From UHGV virus genome UHGV-0371767: a stretch of DNA of 18,731 nt. One strand, written 5' to 3'. Source of the stretch: a virus. Shown here one piece after another: positions 1-7,452 of the stretch (position 1 is the first letter of the stretch; every line of letters begins with the position of its first letter). The notes below the pieces were generated by a model that worked only from the letters and a program-made list of their open reading frames with translations, searched no databases and was not told where the DNA came from. A program made the translations under genes and the position numbers.

Positions 1-59
1 TTACGTTGCAAATCGGTGTTCTGGTCATTTGTTGACACGCGTACATAGCCAATAAGCAT
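1..59 (-). CDS. Gin/Pin/Cin-family serine DNA invertase, first 19 codons only (gene continues beyond left edge of window)
   Basis: Reverse complement of 1..59 reads ATG CTT ATT GGC TAT GTA CGC GTG TCA ACA AAT GAC CAG AAC ACC GAT TTG CAA CGT = MLIGYVRVSTNDQNTDLQR, matching the N-terminus of Gin as I recall it (catalytic Ser in the VSTNDQ motif). Lies directly beside an invertible tail-fibre segment. Confidence 0.85.
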   Translation of the reverse strand, partial: MLIGYVRVSTNDQNTDLQR

Positions 60-86
60 GATCAATCCCCTGAATAAAAACCGTGG

Positions 87-638
87 ATGATGCCAGTTAG
101 CCATTATCTCTGCATTTTCATAAACGTTGGTTTGGGAGAAGGCTCTGCATTACCTGTTGGGGTGCCTGTTCCGTGGCCCTCAGCCACTCCGCCAACAGGC
201 TGGCTGAAATGCAACGGAGCAGCTTTTTCTGCTGAAAAATACCCGGAACTGGCAAAGGCTTACCCGACAAATAAATTGCCTGATTTACGCGGTGAATTTA
301 TTCGTGGCTGGGATGACGGACGTGGTATGGATACGGGGAGGGCAATATTATCCGCTCAGGGCGATGCCATACGTAATATCTATGGTGAGTTCAAGACTGT
401 AAACACCGAAAATTATTCAATATGGGAATCAGTAGGCTCGTTTAAGGGGGCAGTAGTGCCTTTGAACCCCTCAACGAACAATAGTTATTTCTCCTTAATC
501 AGAAGTATGGTGACCGAAAGAACAGATGGCGCTGTTTACCCAAAAGTGATTGGCCTTGATGCTTCAAGAATTGTTCCAACTGCAAACGAAAACCGTCCTC
601 GTAACATTGCCTTTAATTATATCGTGAGGGCTGCCTGA
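87..638 (+). CDS. Alternative tail-fibre C-terminal variable domain, silent in this orientation (real coding part starts near 129, inside the invertible segment)
   Basis: ORF shares the GLGE junction peptide with the expressed fibre; it lacks a credible independent start because the first 14 codons lie outside the segment; stop codon overlaps the start of the downstream assembly gene (CTGATG at 633..640). Confidence 0.7.
   Translation: MMPVSHYLCIFINVGLGEGSALPVGVPVPWPSATPPTGWLKCNGAAFSAEKYPELAKAYPTNKLPDLRGEFIRGWDDGRGMDTGRAILSAQGDAIRNIYGEFKTVNTENYSIWESVGSFKGAVVPLNPSTNNSYFSLIRSMVTERTDGAVYPKVIGLDASRIVPTANENRPRNIAFNYIVRAA
115..140. repeat. Invertase crossover site, left (26 bp: two 12-bp half-sites around a 2-bp core), gix/cix/pix-like
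   Basis: Plus strand TTTTCATAAACGTTGGTTTGGGAGAA; its reverse complement TTCTCCCAAACCAACGTTTATGAAAA shares the first 14 nt and 20 of 26 positions with the site at 2099..2124, in inverted orientation. Architecture fits the Hin/Gin site family. Confidence 0.8.
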
Positions 639-1240
639 TGAATAAAGCCGTATTAAATAACGAACTCATTGCCATAAAAGCGGGAGTCATTACCATTTAT
701 AATTATGATGGTGAAACGCGGGAATATATTTCCACATCAACTGAATATCTTGCGGTTGGCGTCGGTATCCCGGCATGTTCTTGTTTAGATGCACCAGTTA
801 CACATAAAGCTGGTTATGCAATCTGCCGTTCTGCAGATTTTAACTCATGGGAATATGTGCCAGACCATCGCGGTGAAATCATCTATAGCACCGAAACAGG
901 AGAATCGAAAGAAATCACAGCTCCGGGTGATTATCCTGAAAATACAACCACTATCGCCCCGTTAACGCCATACGATGAATGGGATGGTGAGAAATGGGTG
1001 ACAGATACTGAGGCACAGCATAGCGCCGCAGTAGGCGCGGCAGAAGCACAGCGTCAGTCACTGATTGATACTGCAATGGCTTCCATTAGTCTGATTCAAC
1101 TGAAATTGCAGGCCGGGCGGAAGCTGATGCAGACAGAAAACACCCGACTTAACGCTGTGCTGGATTACATTGACGCGGTGACGGCAACAGATACCAGCAC
1201 CGCGCCGGACGTCATCTGGCCTGAACTGCCGGAGGCGTAG
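638..1240 (+). CDS. Tail-fibre assembly protein (alternative copy, paired with the silent fibre tail)
   Basis: 200-aa ORF directly following the alternative fibre tail with ATG/TGA overlap; its 3' end converges on and overlaps the other assembly gene (1212..1240). Position and arrangement match Mu U/U' and P2 G-type assembly genes. Confidence 0.7.
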   Translation: MNKAVLNNELIAIKAGVITIYNYDGETREYISTSTEYLAVGVGIPACSCLDAPVTHKAGYAICRSADFNSWEYVPDHRGEIIYSTETGESKEITAPGDYPENTTTIAPLTPYDEWDGEKWVTDTEAQHSAAVGAAEAQRQSLIDTAMASISLIQLKLQAGRKLMQTENTRLNAVLDYIDAVTATDTSTAPDVIWPELPEA

Positions 1241-1655
1241 GCCATTCAATATCTGGCGCACCGGAAGTATCAACCAGTTCCAGTGCGTCCAGATAATCCA
1301 GCCATAAATTATATTGTTCCAGCTCGTCACCTTTCAGACGACCAATAGCAGCTTTGCCAGGCCACTGATGGGTATTGATGTAGGTATTGACTTCTGAAAC
1401 CAAAGATATTTTTTTCATTTCAGCCGTCAACACCTCATCCTCTTTTGAAGGCGGTGGGGAATTAATCCATATTGGTCGTCCTGAACTGTCAGCGCCAATT
1501 TCTTTCCCTTCTGGATGCAGCCCAAGAAATTTCTCATATGTTTCTCGGGTAATTTCAATAACATCATCTGGAAGCGTTCCCGCATCCTCATATTCTGGAA
1601 ACAATTCTTGCAGATAAAAACTTTTACTCCCGGGTGAAAAGAATACTGAGTTCAT
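1212..1655 (-). CDS. G: Tail-fibre assembly protein (expressed copy)
   Basis: 147-aa ORF immediately downstream of the tail-fibre gene (ATG at 1655, fibre stop at 1658..1660), inside the invertible segment; typical fibre/assembly-protein pairing. Confidence 0.75.
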   Translation of the reverse strand: MNSVFFSPGSKSFYLQELFPEYEDAGTLPDDVIEITRETYEKFLGLHPEGKEIGADSSGRPIWINSPPPSKEDEVLTAEMKKISLVSEVNTYINTHQWPGKAAIGRLKGDELEQYNLWLDYLDALELVDTSGAPDIEWPTPPAVQAR

Positions 1656-1657
1656 TC

Positions 1658-3160
1658 TTACCGTCCAATGATTAACGCTGAGACGCTGGTATCTGAAGGA
1701 AAGGCTGCATTCAGTGGTTTGTCGACTTTGAATACAATCGTATTATTCCCCCTGACAGCGGCAAAAGAACAAACCGCCGTCGCGTATGAACCTGTAATAT
1801 TACTGGATACACCACCATAAGCTGTTGTTGAGACCAGAGGGATAACGCCCAGTACCTTATTAGGAAATACAAAGGGCAATGTGGCTGTGGCAATATAAGA
1901 CTTATTAGAACCTGTGATGGCATAAGCATTATCAGTCATTCCATTCATCGCCACTGGGCCGCTTATACTTACAGTAACCATCTGAGTGATTAGCCCGTCA
2001 GGTTGACGAATCACAAAATTTCCATTGCCACCAGTAACCGTCCAGAAAGACATATCAGGGATTTGGTTTTCCCCGTTGCCCACATTCCGTTTTGCTGCTT
2101 CTCCCAAACCAAGGTATGCGAGAAGACCAGTTACATCCTTTCCACTCAAATTAGTCAACGTATTGTCCAGCGGTTGTTTACCTGCCAGCGCATTAAGCAT
2201 TGTCGTGGCAAAGTTCGGATCATTCCCCAGTGCCGCCGCCAGTTCGTTCAGTGTATCCAGTGCCGCAGGTGCAGAACCCACCATTGCTGCAATCGCTGAT
2301 TTCACAAAAGCCGTAGTGGCAATCTGTGTATTGTTGACCGACTGCGCCGCCGTGGGGGCTGTTGGCGTTCCGGTGAGTGCCGGACTCGACAGCGGCGCTT
2401 TCAGTGCCAGCGCATTGTTAATGGTGGTACTGAATTTCGGATCATTGTTAATGGCTACAGCTATTTCTTTCAGCGTGTCCAGCGTGGCTGGCGCACCATT
2501 AATAAGAGCCGTCAGTGCCGCCTGAACAAATGCGGTGGTCGCAAGCTGCGTGGTATTATTCCCCGCCGCTGGCGTTGGCGCTTTGGGGGTTCCGGTAAAC
2601 GTCGGACTTTCTTTGGGTGCATACTGTGAATGCGGGTCCGGTGCGGCAAGATGTTTTGCCATCAGGTCATCCACGTACACCTTCAACTCCAGTGCTTTGT
2701 CATCCACATACTTGCGGGTTGCCAGCACTACAGCAGGGTCTATTTTCAGGGTGATATTGTCCGTGCTGCTGGTTATCAGTACCATGCGCACGGTCTGGGT
2801 GCGCCCGCTGCCTTCAGCCAGTTGCGGCTTATAGCTTTCCGGGCAGTTGCCCACGGCAATCAATGCCCCGGACTCATCAAACAGGCCCACTTCACGGATC
2901 CACCAACCGCCCTCGTTTTCAGGGATCACCTGTTCGGCAATAATCTGGCTGCTGTTCTGCGGGTCGATATAGAGCATATTCAGCGCAGCCCGGCGTTTCT
3001 CATTTACCAGTGCAGTCTGCTTTGCGTCCGGCGTTGGCAATGTTCCGCCGCCATCGCCGACCGCCATATGGGTAATTTTTAACGGCACACCGAGCGCGGC
3101 GGCGCTGGCAAGTTTCGCCGCGCCAATATCCGTCAGCAGGGTATAAAATTTTGTGCTCAT
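1658..3160 (-). CDS. H: Tail-fibre protein (constant N-terminal part 2125..3160 fused to variable C-terminal part inside the invertible segment)
   Basis: 500-aa ORF whose N-terminus (MSTKFYTLLTDIGAAKLA) resembles P2 gpH as recalled; contains two Ala/Thr-rich internal repeats; ATGA overlap with the upstream baseplate gene at 3157..3160. Confidence 0.85.
   Translation of the reverse strand: MSTKFYTLLTDIGAAKLASAAALGVPLKITHMAVGDGGGTLPTPDAKQTALVNEKRRAALNMLYIDPQNSSQIIAEQVIPENEGGWWIREVGLFDESGALIAVGNCPESYKPQLAEGSGRTQTVRMVLITSSTDNITLKIDPAVVLATRKYVDDKALELKVYVDDLMAKHLAAPDPHSQYAPKESPTFTGTPKAPTPAAGNNTTQLATTAFVQAALTALINGAPATLDTLKEIAVAINNDPKFSTTINNALALKAPLSSPALTGTPTAPTAAQSVNNTQIATTAFVKSAIAAMVGSAPAALDTLNELAAALGNDPNFATTMLNALAGKQPLDNTLTNLSGKDVTGLLAYLGLGEAAKRNVGNGENQIPDMSFWTVTGGNGNFVIRQPDGLITQMVTVSISGPVAMNGMTDNAYAITGSNKSYIATATLPFVFPNKVLGVIPLVSTTAYGGVSSNITGSYATAVCSFAAVRGNNTIVFKVDKPLNAAFPSDTSVSALIIGR
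2099..2124. repeat. Invertase crossover site, right (26 bp), inside the tail-fibre gene at the constant/variable junction
   Basis: Plus strand TTCTCCCAAACCAAGGTATGCGAGAA, inverted repeat partner of 115..140. On the minus strand it encodes the GLGE peptide (aa 351-354 of the 500-aa fibre), which is also encoded at 129..140 in the alternative plus-strand fibre ORF. Confidence 0.8.
2171..2593. repeat. Internal tandem duplication (two units of about 70 codons) within the tail-fibre shaft
   Basis: Protein segments around aa 191-259 and 263-330 are clearly similar (…NNTTQLATTAFVQAALTALINGAPATLDTLKEIAVAINNDPKFSTTINNALA… versus …NNTQIATTAFVKSAIAAMVGSAPAALDTLNELAAALGNDPNFATTMLNALA…), with matching DNA repeats. 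Coordinates approximate. Confidence 0.6.
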
Positions 3161-3762
3161 GGATTCACTCTCATTGTGTCAATAACATGGACCGCCCCGC
3201 CTTCATGCACGGTGCCGCCGGAAATAATTGTTTCGTTGATATACGGATAGATCGTGATTTCTTCGCCAAGATAGCTTGCAGCCCCCACCCAATATGGACC
3301 GCTGGTCTGCAGATTGATGGACATGCCGATCATGTGGCGGCTACATGGTTTGGCATCGCTTATCAGTCGCTCAAGTTCCAGATAGGTATCTTCAGTGATG
3401 CCCTGGTCCTGCACGCCGATATCCAGGCGAAACGTGCCCGGTGCCTCTCCGGTCTGCCACCACTCAATAATGCGGATCAGAAAGCCGAACGGCTCCACCA
3501 CCCGCCGCACGGCACTGGTGGTCCCTTTATGCTGATGAATATAAAAAGCATCCTTCACCACCTGGCGCTTGACGCTTTCTGTCCAGCCCTCGTCCCAGCG
3601 ATCCACAGAGAACGCCCAGGCGAGATAAGGCAGGAAACTGACCGGACAGGTTGCCGGATTCCACAAGTCACGAAGCGGCACCTGCAGATCAGAAATCCCG
3701 CTGCAGGTTTGCGCCAGTCGGCGCTCCAGTGGTGTTGAACCCGGTGGCAGTAGACTATTCAT
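3157..3762 (-). CDS. I: Baseplate assembly protein I
   Basis: 201-aa ORF between the J-like and H-like genes with overlapping junctions on both sides; position conserved with P2 gene I. Exact start uncertain. Confidence 0.7.
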   Translation of the reverse strand: MNSLLPPGSTPLERRLAQTCSGISDLQVPLRDLWNPATCPVSFLPYLAWAFSVDRWDEGWTESVKRQVVKDAFYIHQHKGTTSAVRRVVEPFGFLIRIIEWWQTGEAPGTFRLDIGVQDQGITEDTYLELERLISDAKPCSRHMIGMSINLQTSGPYWVGAASYLGEEITIYPYINETIISGGTVHEGGAVHVIDTMRVNP

Positions 3763-4663
3763 CCGTTCCTCCGTTGGTTACGCTCCACTGCGTACATGAT
3801 GCCGCCTGTGTTTTGTTCAGGACCACATCCGCCAGAGGAGAAGCCAGCTCCACACGCTGCACACCCTCAACATGCAGGGCGGCAAAGATGGCGCTACGGC
3901 GAATATCCCGACCAAGACGCGTCTGACTGGCGATGTACTTCTGCAGGCTGACTTTTGCCGCTGCCATTACCGGCTCTGCTTCCGGTCCCGGATAAAGAAA
4001 AATGGTGGCTTCCACGCGATACGGGATGATTTCTGCGCTGCGAACCGTAAGACGGTCAGCCACCGGGCGGACGTTCTCACTGTTCAGAGCTTTTTCCACC
4101 ACGTCCAGCAGGTCTTTTTCTGCAGTTCCATCGCCTTCGCGGCTAAGGACAGTCAGCACCACCTCTGCAGGTGCCGGGCTGGTTGCACTGGCATCCGCCA
4201 CCCGACCGTCGGCGCTTCGGGCATGAAATTCATAAGCTGCAGTTGGCCCCGCAACTGAAAGCCCTTCAAAGGCTGCAGGCACACGCAGGCGTAACGCTTC
4301 ATCGCTTTCCATCACAGCTGCAACGGGCGGCACAGCGTCATTATCAGCAGGCGTCACCGTCAGGCGTTTCACGTTGTAGTTGGCAGCGAGCTGGTCAAGA
4401 TCGCTGCCCATCGCGTAAGCCACCATCACAGCCTGCGCGGCTTCGTTAATGCGCTGGCGCAGAAGCAACTCACGGTAAGCGTTCTCCTGCAGCAATTTGG
4501 TGACGGGTTCAGATTCCAGTTCCAGCGTGCGGATCACTGCTTCCTGCTCATCTTTCGGATGAAGCGCAACAAATTCGGCCTTGCGTTCGGCAAACAGCGT
4601 CTCAAAGTCCGGCACATCCACAATCTGCGGCGCAGGCAACTGCGAAAGGTCAATCACTGCCAT
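3755..4663 (-). CDS. J: Baseplate protein J (baseplate wedge)
   Basis: ORF track gives 3755..4702, but the ATG at 4663 is preceded by AGGAG at 7-nt spacing and gives 302 aa, the length I recall for P2 gpJ. Confidence 0.75.
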   Translation of the reverse strand: MAVIDLSQLPAPQIVDVPDFETLFAERKAEFVALHPKDEQEAVIRTLELESEPVTKLLQENAYRELLLRQRINEAAQAVMVAYAMGSDLDQLAANYNVKRLTVTPADNDAVPPVAAVMESDEALRLRVPAAFEGLSVAGPTAAYEFHARSADGRVADASATSPAPAEVVLTVLSREGDGTAEKDLLDVVEKALNSENVRPVADRLTVRSAEIIPYRVEATIFLYPGPEAEPVMAAAKVSLQKYIASQTRLGRDIRRSAIFAALHVEGVQRVELASPLADVVLNKTQAASCTQWSVTNGGTDE

Positions 4664-5009
4664 TCTCTGCTCCTGTTGATACGGAAAGGGAAACAGGCAC
4701 ACCGTTATTACGCCGCCCGCTCAGCGCCACCACCATTGAACCGTCAAAATTGCTGTTGATGGTGATGGAATCCAGCGTCATCCGTGGCTCCCAGCGACTC
4801 AGCGCCACATACACTGCCGACATGACCTGCAGGCGTAATGCCGGATTTTGTGGCTGGTCTATTAAAACCGACAGGAGGGAACCATATTCCCGGCGGGCAA
4901 TGCGGCTACCCTGCGGTGTCAGCAGAATGTCCCGCACCGACTGGCGCAGATGATCAATATCAGTAATGACTTTGCCGCTGGTATTGTTCATCCCGCTATA
5001 AAGCGTCAT
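4650..5009 (-). CDS. W: Baseplate protein W (gp25-like)
   Basis: 119-aa ORF between V and J in the conserved P2 baseplate order; ATG at 5009 overlaps the V stop. Confidence 0.7.
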   Translation of the reverse strand: MTLYSGMNNTSGKVITDIDHLRQSVRDILLTPQGSRIARREYGSLLSVLIDQPQNPALRLQVMSAVYVALSRWEPRMTLDSITINSNFDGSMVVALSGRRNNGVPVSLSVSTGAENGSD

Positions 5010-5584
5010 ACCGGGCCTCCGGTTGTGTCACCGCCTTTCAGGACGCCAGTATGCTGATGTGCATCAACCACAATTCCGTTAGAACTCATTGCACCGCCGC
5101 CCTGGGTAACACCACCATTGATCACTACTTCGCTGTTAATGCGTGTGCGGTCAGCCTCCAGTACAAACTCACTGGTTTTCAGGGTGATATTGTCGGCAGC
5201 CTCAATGACCATAGATTTGATGCCCCTGACATACCAGCGCCCGGTGGCGGGTTCGTATTCAAACCTGCCACCGTCCGGGTACTCAACCACGTTGCCGTCC
5301 TCAGAGTCAGAAGGTGGTGGAAACTGATTTGAGTAGACAGCAGGTAGGGCAAACGCGGTTTCCAGATTGCCACCCAGGCTGAATAGCACAACCTGCTCGC
5401 CCACAGACGGTTTCCACCAGGTGCGCGATTTGCCCGCGCGCAGTGTCAGCCAGTTAATCCAGTTGGTTTCGAGGTCGCCAGTTTTCACCCGGCAAAGCCA
5501 GTTATCCCGGTCCACTTCGGTGACTACCCCAGTACGGATCAGGTTGGTGATAAGGCGCATGATTTCTGCAAGTTGTGCGTTCAT
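5006..5584 (-). CDS. V: Baseplate central spike protein V
   Basis: 192-aa ORF first in the V-W-J-I-H-G block; ATG at 5582..5584; size close to P2 gpV. Confidence 0.7.
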   Translation of the reverse strand: MNAQLAEIMRLITNLIRTGVVTEVDRDNWLCRVKTGDLETNWINWLTLRAGKSRTWWKPSVGEQVVLFSLGGNLETAFALPAVYSNQFPPPSDSEDGNVVEYPDGGRFEYEPATGRWYVRGIKSMVIEAADNITLKTSEFVLEADRTRINSEVVINGGVTQGGGAMSSNGIVVDAHQHTGVLKGGDTTGGPV

Positions 5585-5624
5585 TCGCTTAGGATGTCGA
5601 TTAGTCGACTTCTTTGGTAGATCA

Positions 5625-5650
5625 TGTAAATTGTGTCATACATGACACAA
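5625..5650. promoter_or_regulatory. Palindromic element with two overlapping TGT-N12-ACA motifs in the V / inserted-gene intergenic region
   Basis: TGT(5625-5627)-N12-ACA(5640-5642) and TGT(5633-5635)-N12-ACA(5648-5650); core inverted repeat TTGTGTCAT-AC-ATGACACAA at 5631..5650. TGT-N12-ACA is the motif I recall for Ogr/Delta activator sites at P2 late promoters, but the spacing to either flanking start codon does not fit the usual -55 position. Confidence 0.35.
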
Positions 5651-5675
5651 TGCTAATTCACGAAAGAGAGTAATA

Positions 5676-6332
5676 ATGATGGTTTTGGATAAAGAGCAAT
5701 ATCAAGAAGTTCTAAACGAACTAGAGAAAAGAAGATATAACTCCAGAAGATCAACCACAATATTCATGACAGCCATGATCGTCATACTTGCTTATATTGC
5801 CACTGCAGTCATTTACGTAGAATTACAGAAAACACATGAAAAGGATAGAATTTCATCGCTGCTAACCGCTGACGGAATTAAATCCGTAGAATCAACAATT
5901 GACAGCTTAAATCGTGCCAGTATTGAGCTTTCTAGAAAACAAACCCAGATAAAAAACACACCTAACTCAACCCCTCAAATTCAAATAAGCGGAATAGCCC
6001 CTTTACCTTCAACACTAAACCAAAAGTCTTCTATAGATAAAATTCTAGAAACAGTAGGACCTATACTAATAGTGTTTTCCGCTATTCTATTTGTTGTGTA
6101 TATACTTCGTCTTTTTATTATATTCTTAAAATACAATATGCAAATGAATAATGATTACGACAATCAAAAAATCTCTTTTCTGCTTTCAGGTGGAGACACG
6201 AAAGAGTTTGGAGAGATACTTCAAAAAGTAAGAGGTCACAATATAAGTTTTGAAAAGACCCCTACTCTTCCGCAAGAAAAAATAATAACTGAACTGGTTG
6301 ATTTAGTTAAATCAATTAAGGGAAAGAATTAA
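5676..6332 (+). CDS. AT-rich inserted gene: predicted inner-membrane protein with two transmembrane helices, unknown function
   Basis: 218-aa ORF with AAGAGAG ribosome-binding site before ATG 5676; hydrophobic stretches around aa 28-50 and 118-148; codon usage and base composition visibly AT-rich compared with flanking phage genes; opposite strand to the late operons; lies where I recall P2 orf30. Confidence 0.7.
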   Translation: MMVLDKEQYQEVLNELEKRRYNSRRSTTIFMTAMIVILAYIATAVIYVELQKTHEKDRISSLLTADGIKSVESTIDSLNRASIELSRKQTQIKNTPNSTPQIQISGIAPLPSTLNQKSSIDKILETVGPILIVFSAILFVVYILRLFIIFLKYNMQMNNDYDNQKISFLLSGGDTKEFGEILQKVRGHNISFEKTPTLPQEKIITELVDLVKSIKGKN

Positions 6333-6775
6333 CTCCTCAACCAGCAAAGTAAAATACTTCGGGTCAAAGACTCTACATCTTGACTAACCCCTAGCAGTTG
6401 TCTTTGAGCGTATAACACCTCCGGCCCCCGACGGCTTACACGATCACGTAAGCCGTAATGATGTACCCGGACAATCCGCTGCACCTGCCCGGTAAACTCG
6501 ACGCTGGCAGAATCAGGATTGGCGGCAGTTTTCAGGTATTTTGTGGTGCGCAGCTTTGCAAACATCTGACGTTTGATGCGCCCCTTTTTACTGCGTGCTG
6601 TTACCCGTCGAGGTTCATAACTGCTGCCATCTGGATTGCGCTGCATCCTGATGTTCTGCTGCTGTGTCCGGCGCAGTTCCTGCGCCAGCTGGCGCATCAT
6701 GCGGCTTCTGGCGGCTGGCTCCAGATTCGCCAGCAAGGCACTCAGCCAGTCGTCCACTTTCTGCAGTTCAGCCAC
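6329..6775 (-). CDS. S: Tail completion protein S
   Basis: 148-aa ORF, position and size match P2 gpS; overlaps R by 8 nt; start appears to be GTG at 6775. Confidence 0.65.
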   Translation of the reverse strand: MAELQKVDDWLSALLANLEPAARSRMMRQLAQELRRTQQQNIRMQRNPDGSSYEPRRVTARSKKGRIKRQMFAKLRTTKYLKTAANPDSASVEFTGQVQRIVRVHHYGLRDRVSRRGPEVLYAQRQLLGVSQDVESLTRSILLCWLRS

Positions 6776-7199
6776 GTTTTACCGTCCACATTTCTTCAGG
6801 TTCATCGGGTTCCGTTACCGCTTCAACACTCGACACACTGCCGTCAGTGCTGACAAGCACACGCTCCGTCAGTTGCAGGTTCAGGCTGATATCACAGACA
6901 TCGTTGCGCAGAATATCCACCTCAAAGGTGAATAGTTTTTCCCGTAACGTCGGGTTATTGATGGCATCAGGCTGGTTATCCCGCAGCCACAGCAAAACCG
7001 GGGCCATCAGCAGATTCTGGTCGCCGCTGAAATCCTCAATCACCACGTTCAGGGTGTAGCGGTACTCCCATGACATGGAGCTGGTCCCCGTGGCAACCAG
7101 CGAACCGTTATCCACAAACAGATGCAGTTTGTCCGGGTTATTGCGGACATAAGGCACCGCTTTATTGAGGGCACGGCGCAGGGATTGTGGTTTGTTCAC
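6768..7199 (-). CDS. R: Tail completion protein R
   Basis: ORF track extends to a TTG at 7220, but the GTG at 7199 is preceded by AGGAG and gives an N-terminus (NKPQSLRRAL) resembling P2 gpR as recalled. Confidence 0.65.
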   Translation of the reverse strand: MNKPQSLRRALNKAVPYVRNNPDKLHLFVDNGSLVATGTSSMSWEYRYTLNVVIEDFSGDQNLLMAPVLLWLRDNQPDAINNPTLREKLFTFEVDILRNDVCDISLNLQLTERVLVSTDGSVSSVEAVTEPDEPEEMWTVKRG

Positions 7200-7452
7200 T
7201 GTTTCGCTCCTGACACGCAATAATCATGTCCACTTTGTCTGCACAGGCCGCCCAGGCGGCCTCCGTTTCGTCCAGCAACGCGTTCAGATCACCGTTAGTG
7301 TGCGGCGCCGCCTGATCCAACCGACACGGCGTCACTCGCGGACAACCACTGACGGTAAGCTGCACCTCCGGTGAGTACCGGACGTTCCCGCAGCCGGATA
7401 ATGTCAGCAGGCAAAGGAGTATCAGCCCAGCGGCGTAAATCCTCGTTCTCAC
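7162..7452 (-). CDS. lysC: Outer-membrane spanin lipoprotein (Rz1-like, LysC)
   Basis: 96-aa ORF in the +1 frame relative to lysB, starting inside lysB and extending past it; lipobox LLTLSGC; apparent GTG start. Confidence 0.6.
   Translation of the reverse strand: MRTRIYAAGLILLCLLTLSGCGNVRYSPEVQLTVSGCPRVTPCRLDQAAPHTNGDLNALLDETEAAWAACADKVDMIIACQERNSEQTTIPAPCPQ

Larger units (their letters stand above)
115..2124. other. Invertible DNA segment (G-segment/C-segment-like host-range switch) carrying two alternative tail-fibre C-termini and two tail-fibre assembly genes
   Basis: Bounded by inverted 26-bp crossover sites. Contains convergent gene pairs: variable fibre tail plus assembly gene (minus strand, currently fused to the constant fibre part) and an alternative fibre tail plus assembly gene (plus strand, silent). 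Invertase gene is adjacent at 1..59. Confidence 0.8.

Noticed and set aside
87-128. Whether the plus-strand fibre ORF is an independently expressed gene starting at 87
   Set aside because: Its first 14 codons lie outside the invertible segment and have no ribosome-binding site; the ORF is better explained as the silent alternative C-terminus that becomes fused to the constant fibre part after inversion.
2003-3082. Several plus-strand ORFs (2003..2299, 2025..2525, 2535..2834, 2630..3082) antisense to the tail-fibre gene
   Set aside because: They lie entirely within the well-supported minus-strand fibre gene, lack ribosome-binding sites, and their Ala/Ser/Val-rich translations are what antisense reading of a GC-rich repeat region typically produces.
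3151-4449. Plus-strand ORFs antisense to baseplate genes I and J (3151..3738, 3651..3926, 3872..4258, 4002..4226, 4171..4449)
   Set aside because: Overlapping shadow ORFs in GC-rich coding DNA, Arg/Ser/Cys-rich translations; the minus-strand genes fit the conserved P2 order with overlapping start/stop junctions.
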